From NCBI GenBank assembly GCA_964477485.1, contig CAYZEE010000001.1, forward strand, positions 1 through 58,903: a stretch of DNA of 58,903 nt. The letters run 5' to 3'. Below the pieces are notes generated by a model that made no database searches, was not told the origin of the DNA, and worked only from the letters and a program-made list of their open reading frames with translations. Source of the DNA: an uncultured Gammaproteobacteria bacterium (lineage in GTDB: Bacteria; Patescibacteriota; Microgenomatia; Levybacterales; UBA12049). The translations under genes and the position numbers were made by a program. Positions 43,547-50,614 of the stretch are shown here, piece after piece. The number at the start of each line of letters is the position of its first letter. Within the stretch, counting starts at the first letter, position 1.

Positions 43547-45784
43547 ATGATAACAAAAATTAAAAAAACAATTTCGATATTCACAATCGTAGCGCTTTTG
43601 CTGGTGCAAACTGGTCCTGCGTTTGCCGACAGCTTGCCTATTCCGCCGGCTCCGCCGACTGCTCCAACAGCGCCACCGCCTCCTGCGACAACTACCACTC
43701 CACCTCCTGCTCCGACAGCGCCGCCTGCGCCAACAGCGCCTCCTCCTGCTCCGACAGCGCCGCCTGCGCCAACAGCGCCACCGGTACAGACAACTACGGT
43801 TACTCCGACTCCAACTCCAACAGTTGATCCGGTTTCTACCAGTCAGGGAACTACTACCGGGTCAAATAATTCATCAGGAGGTTCAGGCTCAGGTAATCAG
43901 ACAGGTCAGACTGAAAATGGACAAACAGGAAATACCACTATTAACACCGGGAATACAACAAATACAGGTACTGTAACGACTAACGCAAATAATAATAGCA
44001 GCAGTTCATCGGGTTCAAACGGTACAGACCCTTCGGCTACCAATACCGGTAACGGTTCAAATTCTTCCAATAACAGCTCATCAGCAACAACGACAAATAA
44101 TAATTCATCGCAAAATAACAGCGCGACAGTTAATAACGGTTTGAGCATGACCACAACAACAGGACAAAATTCTGCATCGGAAAATGTCGGAAACTCTACC
44201 ATTAAGACAGGGGACGCAAATACATCGGGTACTGCCATAACCGGCGTTAATACAAATCTTAACGGAGTTTCTGTTTCGGAGTTTAATGTTGCGGATAATC
44301 ATGTCGGAGATATTACTTTGGATTTTCCTACAAATTGTATTTCAGGATGCGGGGGCACAAGCACATCAGCGCAAAATATCAATAACGGTTCCGGCTCAAC
44401 CAATAATGCAAGCGCGTCCGGAACCACAAATAATAGTTCTTTCCAGAATAATGATGCAAATGTCGGAAGCAATCTTACTCTTTCTTCCGACTCGGGTAAT
44501 AACGCGACTTCTAAAAATACATCAGGAGATTCTACAATTTCAACCGGCAATGCAAATGTTGATGCAAATTCTCTTACTTTTGCCAATAATAATTTAGACG
44601 GAAATGTAATCTTGGGAGTTGTAAATATATACGGAAATCTTCAGGGAGACATAATACTTCCGCAAAGTTCCATAGATAGCGCATGCGGCAATAACTGTTC
44701 GGCGGGATCAACAACATCTGCTTCGAACTCAAATAACGGCGCAGATTCCAATAACCTGGCCAATGCAAATAGTTCGACAAATAACCAGACAGCGCAAAAC
44801 AATAATGCGACTATTGACAATAATCTTTTGCTTGCGGCAGCAACGGGCAATAATCAAACAAACGGAAACACCAGTGGCAACTCAACGGTTCAAACAGGTT
44901 CATCAAATATTGACGCCAAGACCATAAATGTTGCCAACTCAAATGTAAACGGTGGGAATGTGTGGCTTGTTATTGTAAATAAAGCAGGGCAATGGATTGG
45001 GCAGATTTTAGGTGCGCCGCAAGGCAGCGATTTTGCAGGTTCATCCGGTACGGAATTTACGGTTTCCCCATCCGGTGAAATAACAGCGACAAACGGCGGA
45101 AACGGTTCAGGCTCAACAAACAATTCAAATGTTTCAAATACGACCAATAATACAACAGTCCAGAATAACAATGCCAAGATTGTAAATAATTTAAATCTCT
45201 CTGCAAATACCGGAGGAAACAACGCAAGCGACAATACAGGAGGAAATTCAACGATAGCAACAGGAAATGCAAATGTAATCGCAGATCTTATAAATTTTGT
45301 AAATAACAATATTTCAGGCAATGGGAAATTAATTGTTACAGTAGTTAATGTTTTCGGAAGCTGGTTCGGAGACTTTGTAGGGCCGGGAATGCATAAAGAT
45401 AAAAATACTAATAGTCAGTCCGGGAGCGTAGCGTCATTGTCTCAATCTCCGTCCAGTAGCGGAGGCTCGCAAAACTCTTCGAACAGCTCAAGTTCCAATT
45501 CATCATTAGGACAAAGTAGTTTAAATACAATTACAACTACCGCAATCGCAGTTGGAGGAACAGGCCAAATTTTGGCAGGCTCAATCCAGAACTCAAATGT
45601 TGCTCTTGTCGCCGGCGCAAATACCAATACCCCGAGTTTTAAAAGCATAGAATCAGCAAATGTTAAAAAGATAAATTTAAATCTTGCCTGGATAATTATT
45701 CTAGGCCCAATTTTATTCGCGGCTTACATAATAAGCAAAAGATATTTATCTAAATTTCTGCCCCGAAAGGCGACTTATGATTAA
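43547..45784 (+). CDS. Repeat protein B: signal peptide, PAPTAPP linker, N/S/T-rich region, 4 extended modules, C-terminal TM anchor
   Basis: Signal peptide ..VQTGPAFA/DS. Ends with ..LAWIIILGPILFAAYIISKRYLSKFLPRKATYD. The ORF track begins at TTG 43532; ATG 43547 is preferred. Confidence 0.8.
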   Translation: MITKIKKTISIFTIVALLLVQTGPAFADSLPIPPAPPTAPTAPPPPATTTTPPPAPTAPPAPTAPPPAPTAPPAPTAPPVQTTTVTPTPTPTVDPVSTSQGTTTGSNNSSGGSGSGNQTGQTENGQTGNTTINTGNTTNTGTVTTNANNNSSSSSGSNGTDPSATNTGNGSNSSNNSSSATTTNNNSSQNNSATVNNGLSMTTTTGQNSASENVGNSTIKTGDANTSGTAITGVNTNLNGVSVSEFNVADNHVGDITLDFPTNCISGCGGTSTSAQNINNGSGSTNNASASGTTNNSSFQNNDANVGSNLTLSSDSGNNATSKNTSGDSTISTGNANVDANSLTFANNNLDGNVILGVVNIYGNLQGDIILPQSSIDSACGNNCSAGSTTSASNSNNGADSNNLANANSSTNNQTAQNNNATIDNNLLLAAATGNNQTNGNTSGNSTVQTGSSNIDAKTINVANSNVNGGNVWLVIVNKAGQWIGQILGAPQGSDFAGSSGTEFTVSPSGEITATNGGNGSGSTNNSNVSNTTNNTTVQNNNAKIVNNLNLSANTGGNNASDNTGGNSTIATGNANVIADLINFVNNNISGNGKLIVTVVNVFGSWFGDFVGPGMHKDKNTNSQSGSVASLSQSPSSSGGSQNSSNSSSSNSSLGQSSLNTITTTAIAVGGTGQILAGSIQNSNVALVAGANTNTPSFKSIESANVKKINLNLAWIIILGPILFAAYIISKRYLSKFLPRKATYD
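43706..43779. repeat. 39-nt direct duplication encoding PAPTAPPAPTAPP
   Basis: cctgctccgacagcgccgcctgcgccaacagcgcc occurs at 43706-43740 and again at 43745-43779. Confidence 0.9.
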
Positions 45785-46934
45785 AAAGATTTTTGGGCCT
45801 ACAATTTTTGTTATTCTGCTTGGCGTGCTTTTATCTGCTACAGCAAAAGCAGATCAGACTGTGATCTCAATAACAGGGAATGGGAATTCTTCTCAAAATA
45901 CAACACAGGTAAATGTAAATACCTCAACAACAGTTCAACAATCAAACAACGCAAAAGTTGAAAATAATGTTACCAATACTTCAAATACGGGGAATAACCA
46001 GGCCTCATCGAATTCAGGCTCCTCAACTGTTACCACAGGATCTGTTACCAGCAACTCAAATGTAAATAATCAAAATATTAATTCGAACACAACAGATAAC
46101 AAAGAATGCGGATGCGCAAATAATATCACAACACAAATAACAGGAAACGGGACAAATTCAAATAACAATGTAAATTTAAATATTTCAAATACCACAAATG
46201 ATTCCCAGGGCAATAATGCAAATATTGCAAACAACATTGATAATCATGCAAATACCGGAGACAACAGCGCAAATAACAATCGTGGAAATGCCCAGATAAA
46301 TACGGGAAGCATTACAGATATAGTTGATATCAATAATAAAAATATAAATCAAAACGTGGACCCTCAAGAGGATAATTCAGGTTCATTAACCGTTAAAATC
46401 AAAGGCAATGGAGACGATTCAAATAACAATGCAACAATTGATTTATCCAATATTTTTAATTACAAAAGCAAAAACATTGCCGTACTCTTGAATACAGATA
46501 CCGAGGATCCAAATACCGGCGGCAATACAGCTGACGGCAATATCGGCGGTGTTCTGATTACAACCGGAAGTATTACAAAAATCACGACCATAGGAAATGA
46601 AAACATAAATGGGTCATCTTTTAATCCGCCAACTCAAATAGTTCCTTCTCCGGGAGGCGGCGGTCTGCCTCCGGGAGGTTCGCCGCCAGGCGAACAAGTC
46701 CCGCCGGTAAGTAGTCAGTCTTCATCTTCAGGAGGAGGTTCCTCATCCGGAGGAAGCGGAAGTTCTGTGGGAGGCCCGGGGCAAGTATTGGCAGCAGCCG
46801 TAGGAGCAGTCCTGCCGGCAACAGGAAGTTTTTGGATATTGCCGATAATGCTTCTGTCTATTACAATGTTTTTTGCGGGATGGTATCTGCGCTTTGGTTC
46901 TGATCTGTCCCCGCCAGCATATGCAACTATCTAG
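45777..46934 (+). CDS. Repeat protein C: signal peptide, 3 modules, P/G/S linker, LPATG cell-wall sorting signal
   Basis: Signal peptide ..LLSATAKA/DQT. C-terminus is ..AVLPATG + SFWILPIMLLSITMFFAGWYL + RFGSD... Overlaps B by 8 nt (ATGATTAA). Confidence 0.85.
   Translation: MIKKIFGPTIFVILLGVLLSATAKADQTVISITGNGNSSQNTTQVNVNTSTTVQQSNNAKVENNVTNTSNTGNNQASSNSGSSTVTTGSVTSNSNVNNQNINSNTTDNKECGCANNITTQITGNGTNSNNNVNLNISNTTNDSQGNNANIANNIDNHANTGDNSANNNRGNAQINTGSITDIVDINNKNINQNVDPQEDNSGSLTVKIKGNGDDSNNNATIDLSNIFNYKSKNIAVLLNTDTEDPNTGGNTADGNIGGVLITTGSITKITTIGNENINGSSFNPPTQIVPSPGGGGLPPGGSPPGEQVPPVSSQSSSSGGGSSSGGSGSSVGGPGQVLAAAVGAVLPATGSFWILPIMLLSITMFFAGWYLRFGSDLSPPAYATI
46812..46826 (+). other. LPXTG sortase recognition motif (LPATG)
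   Basis: Codons ctg ccg gca aca gga, followed by a 21-aa hydrophobic stretch and an Arg. Confidence 0.8.
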
Positions 46935-47472
46935 GAAGTTTTTTGGAAACGCCTTAATGGCGTTTTCTCTTTTTTTAATTATTTTTATATATTACCCGAT
47001 AATAGTTTTTTATCTTTTTCCAAATCAACAGAACATTAATCCGTCAAATACGGCGTTTTATATAGAAATTCCGAAAATAAATATAAAAACTCCAATTATT
47101 CCCGGTGTTGATCCGTTTAACGAAAAAAAATATAGACAGGCTCTTGAAAAAGGCGTTGCCCAGGCAAAGGGAACAGCTCTTCCGGGAGAGAAGGGAACTA
47201 TTTTCCTTTTTGCCCATTCATCTGATTTGCCCTGGAGGATTACAAGATACAACATCGCGTTTGTCAGACTGCCCGAGCTTAAAAAAGGCGATCTAATAAT
47301 AATTGTCAGAAACGGGAAAAAGTATAAATATAAAGTAAACGATGAGAAAACCGTCTGGCCAGATCAAGTTAATTATCTTCTTAATACAAAGAAAACCCAA
47401 TTAATTCTTCAAACCTGCGTACCAATCGGAACATCTTTCCAAAGACTACTCGTCTTTGCCGGTCCTCAATAA
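46921..47472 (+). CDS. Sortase-family transpeptidase
   Basis: N-terminal TM segment. IEIPKINIKTPIIPGV, LPGEKGTIFLFAHS (catalytic His), LILQTCVP (TLXTC-type Cys) and a downstream Arg (FQRLLVFA). ATG 46921 overlaps the end of protein C by 14 nt; the ORF-track TTG 46873 is less likely. Confidence 0.85.
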   Translation: MQLSRKFFGNALMAFSLFLIIFIYYPIIVFYLFPNQQNINPSNTAFYIEIPKINIKTPIIPGVDPFNEKKYRQALEKGVAQAKGTALPGEKGTIFLFAHSSDLPWRITRYNIAFVRLPELKKGDLIIIVRNGKKYKYKVNDEKTVWPDQVNYLLNTKKTQLILQTCVPIGTSFQRLLVFAGPQ

Positions 47473-47504
47473 AAAAAAGCCCCGCATTTCTGTAGGGCTT
47501 TTTT
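47473..47504. terminator. Bidirectional intrinsic terminator between the convergent sortase and protein D genes
   Basis: AAAAAAGCCC-12 nt-GGGCTTTTTT. The short GC stem is extended by A:T pairs, with an A-run on one side and a T-run on the other. Confidence 0.6.
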
Positions 47505-47530
47505 AGATTTTGGTTTAGCAACTAAATTTA

Positions 47531-48130
47531 TTAGTTACTATTACTTGAGCCGTAAACACTTACACTAATACCAGAGGTAGAAGTGCCACTGGTTATTCCG
47601 ACTGCTCCGCCTGTATTGTAATTAGCTTTGTTGTTTCCAGTGTCTGAAACTGCAAGTCCTTCGAGTCCAACCATTGTTATATTGTCCTGACTAAAGGTTG
47701 CGCTGTTAACATTGACAACTTTTGCAAAATTCGTCGAGTAATCTTCATTACCTGTAATATCAATACTTGTCGAGCTTGTGTCGCAACCACAAGGAAGACC
47801 TTGGGTATTGATGTTTGTATTACCGGTAACTCCTACTGAAACCGATGAACTAGCATTGCCGCTGCGAACAGCTACGTTTCCATTGGTGTTATTGTTTGCA
47901 TTATTTCCACCTGTATTGGAAACAGCCGTAGCTGTCGTATCCACGCTAGTAAAATTTGCTTGGGTAACAGATAATTTATTAATCTTTATTATATTGCCAT
48001 TATTAAAGGAATGCCATCCGTTACCTGATATAGTAATATTTGTGGTTGCAAATGCAGCGCCGGGTATAAGTGTTGCAAGAAAAAGAGAGCCGGTTGCAAG
48101 TGCTACTGCAAATTTTATCTTGTAATTCAT
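47531..48130 (-). CDS. Secreted Asn/Gly/Thr-rich repeat protein D (2 modules, no anchor)
   Basis: Strong SD (AAGGGGGTGA). Signal peptide ..LIPGAAFA/TTN. The modules share the ITISGNG.., ..NTGGNNANNNTNGNVAVRSGNA.. and LPCGCD features with A and C. Confidence 0.8.
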   Translation of the reverse strand: MNYKIKFAVALATGSLFLATLIPGAAFATTNITISGNGWHSFNNGNIIKINKLSVTQANFTSVDTTATAVSNTGGNNANNNTNGNVAVRSGNASSSVSVGVTGNTNINTQGLPCGCDTSSTSIDITGNEDYSTNFAKVVNVNSATFSQDNITMVGLEGLAVSDTGNNKANYNTGGAVGITSGTSTSGISVSVYGSSNSN

Positions 48131-48290
48131 TTTTTATTCACCCCCTTTAGAATCTCTTGGATTTTTGTGAAAGCAAAAAGACTTAGAGATTCTTAAGTCC
48201 GTCGCTCAAGCGCTCTTTGAGCCGTCTACGAATAGTAGTGCAAAGGCTCAGGGGGAAGCTTAGGCGGGCCTCACATTTTTTTCATCAAAA

Positions 48291-48309
48291 AACCAGCAAA
48301 AAGCTGGTT
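48291..48309 (-). terminator. Terminator-like hairpin inside the putative long leader of protein D
   Basis: The minus strand reads AACCAGC-UUUUU-GCUGGUU followed by UUUUGAUG. It is also U-rich on the plus strand. Confidence 0.4.
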
Positions 48310-48403
48310 ATTTAAGTTTTGAAATAATTTAATAAATTTAACAGCAATTCAGGCAGGTTGTTCATATTAGATTTTTTGCCGTGGGCAGTCGGCAAGTTTA
48401 ATC

Positions 48404-48434
48404 ATTATAGACGATGTTTAGATTGCCGTGTCAA
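48404..48434 (-). promoter_or_regulatory. Consensus hexamers TTGACA-19 nt-TATAAT on the minus strand, ~270 nt upstream of protein D
   Basis: The minus strand reads TTGACA cggcaatctaaacatcgtc TATAAT. The spacer is 2 nt longer than optimal. Confidence 0.4.
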
Positions 48435-48499
48435 GACGTACAAAATAGATAAAACTATGTAGGAACTATCTAATGCTGAAAAAAAGAGGAGATTTAGTG

Positions 48500-48505
48500 T
48501 ATAAT
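48500..48505 (+). promoter_or_regulatory. TATAAT box 8 nt upstream of mraY ATG (leaderless-type)
   Basis: gtgTATAAT atagttct ATG. The -35 is weak. Confidence 0.4.
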
Positions 48506-48513
48506 ATAGTTCT

Positions 48514-49527
48514 ATGGCACAATTGATGGGGTTTATGCTTCTGTCGTCGTTTATAACATTTATTCTTCTTGTCCCCTTCATAGACTTTCTTTACAAGATG
48601 AAATTCAGACGCCAGAAACAGAAGACGCTGGATATGTTCGGCCAGCCCACTCCTAATTTTGACAGACTTCATTCATGGAAAACCGGTACTCCTTTTGGCG
48701 GAGGAGCTCTGGTTATTGTTCTTGTTTCAATTTTGACTTTATGGGCATACGGAATGTTTGGTATTGCTATTAAACCCTGGGAGGCTTTTACAATAATTTT
48801 TGCGTTTATCAGTTTTGGAATTTTGGGATTTTATGATGATTTGAAAAAACTTGTCAATAACGGCAAGAAATTCGCTTTTTTCGGATTGCGATTTAGATAT
48901 AAATTTCTTATTCAGTGGATTTTGGCTTTTATCATAGCGATAGTTCTGTACGCTCAACTTGGCTATTCTTTTATCTTCATACGGGGATTTGGACTTGCAA
49001 GTTTAGGGTTTTTATACATACCGTTTGCGGCTTTTGTTATAGTTTCATTTACAAATGCTTTTAATATTGCAGATGGTCTAGACGGGCTTGCTCCGGGGCT
49101 TCTTCTTATTTGTCTGGGAGCATTTCTTGCGCTTTCTGCGAACAGCGTTGATCAAACTTTAACGATTTTTACAGCGGTTCTTATGGGTAGTGTTGCCTCA
49201 TTTCTGTATTTCAATATTTATAAAGCCAGAATTTGGGCAGGGGATGTCGGCGCATTATCGCTTGGAGCGGCGCTTGCTGTTATCGGGCTTTTGACAGGCA
49301 AAATTATTGCCCTTGTTTTTATAGGCGGAGTTTTTGTTATTGAAGTCGGTTCATCTCTTATTCAAATTCTCGGCAGGAGATTTTTGGGCAAAAAAATTCT
49401 TCCTTGCTCTCCCTTTCATTTATATCTTCAAAAAATCGGCTGGGATGAGCCAAAAATCGTGATGCGCGCATGGCTTTTGGGATTTTTCTTTGCTATTCTG
49501 GGACTTTACATAGCCTTCATCAGGTAA
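48514..49527 (+). CDS. mraY: Phospho-N-acetylmuramoyl-pentapeptide transferase
   Basis: KTGTPFGGG, NAFNIADGLDGLA and 10 TM segments. Confidence 0.92.
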   Translation: MAQLMGFMLLSSFITFILLVPFIDFLYKMKFRRQKQKTLDMFGQPTPNFDRLHSWKTGTPFGGGALVIVLVSILTLWAYGMFGIAIKPWEAFTIIFAFISFGILGFYDDLKKLVNNGKKFAFFGLRFRYKFLIQWILAFIIAIVLYAQLGYSFIFIRGFGLASLGFLYIPFAAFVIVSFTNAFNIADGLDGLAPGLLLICLGAFLALSANSVDQTLTIFTAVLMGSVASFLYFNIYKARIWAGDVGALSLGAALAVIGLLTGKIIALVFIGGVFVIEVGSSLIQILGRRFLGKKILPCSPFHLYLQKIGWDEPKIVMRAWLLGFFFAILGLYIAFIR

Positions 49528-49540
49528 GTTATTCAAAGAC

Positions 49541-50614
49541 ATGAAAAGAATAGACATAATTCTTCTTCTATCTGTTGTATCTCTGACACTTTTTGGACTT
49601 TTTATGATATATGACGCGTCTTCTTTTGTTGCTTTTAGGGATTTTGGAGATAAGTACCATTATATAAAAAGCCAGGCTTTTTGGGTTGCATTCGGTTTTT
49701 TATTTATGACATTTTTCTCTTTTTTTTCCTACCGCAAGCTCTATAACCTATCTCTCCCAATTCTCATCGTTGCTCTTGTCCTTCTGTTCTCTGTTTTTCT
49801 TCCCGGTATCGGGGTTTACCTTCTTGGTGCGCACAGATGGATAAATTTGCGGTTTTTTCTTCTTCAGCCTGCTGAATTCGTAAAACTTGCACTTGCTATC
49901 TATCTTGCTTCCTGGTTGTCAACAAAAGAGAAAGGAAGATTTCTGGCATTTCTGCTTCTTCTATTTCTGGTCGTAGTCCTCGTAATTCTTGAGCCAGACA
50001 TGGGAACAGCTATGATTATATTGACGGAGGCTATAGTTGTTTATTTTCTTTCCGGCGGAAATATTTCTTATTTTTTGGCATTATTGCCGGCAGTTTTCGT
50101 AATAGGAGTAGCTCTTATAAAAATATCTCCCTATAGGGCAAAAAGACTTGAAACATTTTTTAATTTTAATCAATCAGTTCAAACCTCTTCTTACCACGTG
50201 CGTCAAATATTAATTGCCCTGGGATCAGGCGGTATATTTGGCGTAGGACTTTCGAATTCTTTGCAAAAATATGCGTATCTGCCCGAAACAACAACTGATT
50301 CTATTTTTGCCATAATTGCGGAAGAACTGGGTTTTGTTGGGGCGGTTGTTCTTATAGCAATATTTGCAGTTGTTGTCTGGCGGGGATTTTATATCGCTAT
50401 AAATGCAAAAGATAATTTTGGCAGACTTTTAGCAGGAGGAATTACTACGTTTTTGGCAGTCCAAATGATTATCAATTTAGCATCCCAGACAGTTCTGTTG
50501 CCCTTAACTGGTATTCCGTTGCCATTTATTTCTTATGGAGGGTCAGCTCTAATTATAGATCTTTGTGCCGTTGGTATTCTTCTTAATATTTCAAAACAAA
50601 GTGCAAAATTATGA
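49541..50614 (+). CDS. ftsW: SEDS-family peptidoglycan polymerase FtsW/RodA
   Basis: Polytopic, with LQPAEFVKLALAIYLA, EPDMGTAMI, PETTTDSIFAIIAEELGF and PLPFISYGGSA motifs. Confidence 0.9.
   Translation: MKRIDIILLLSVVSLTLFGLFMIYDASSFVAFRDFGDKYHYIKSQAFWVAFGFLFMTFFSFFSYRKLYNLSLPILIVALVLLFSVFLPGIGVYLLGAHRWINLRFFLLQPAEFVKLALAIYLASWLSTKEKGRFLAFLLLLFLVVVLVILEPDMGTAMIILTEAIVVYFLSGGNISYFLALLPAVFVIGVALIKISPYRAKRLETFFNFNQSVQTSSYHVRQILIALGSGGIFGVGLSNSLQKYAYLPETTTDSIFAIIAEELGFVGAVVLIAIFAVVVWRGFYIAINAKDNFGRLLAGGITTFLAVQMIINLASQTVLLPLTGIPLPFISYGGSALIIDLCAVGILLNISKQSAKL

Noticed and set aside
43623-45648. Many 60-140-aa ORFs in alternate or antisense frames inside repeat-protein B (for example 43623..43976, 43906..44238, 44286..44597, 44890..45321).
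   Set aside because: They are by-products of low-complexity, stop-poor repeat DNA. None has a start context or a recognisable fold, and all lie nested in a much longer ORF with a signal peptide and coherent modules.
48377-48396. The inverted repeat TTGCCG-N8-CGGCAA as a plus-strand terminator for an unannotated gene.
   Set aside because: There is no plus-strand ORF upstream, the stem is short and the T-run is weak. It is more plausibly part of the divergent regulatory region between protein D and mraY.
37598-48513. The surface island as a mobile genetic element or prophage remnant.
   Set aside because: No integrase, transposase, recombinase, tRNA attachment site or flanking direct or inverted repeats were seen at either boundary.
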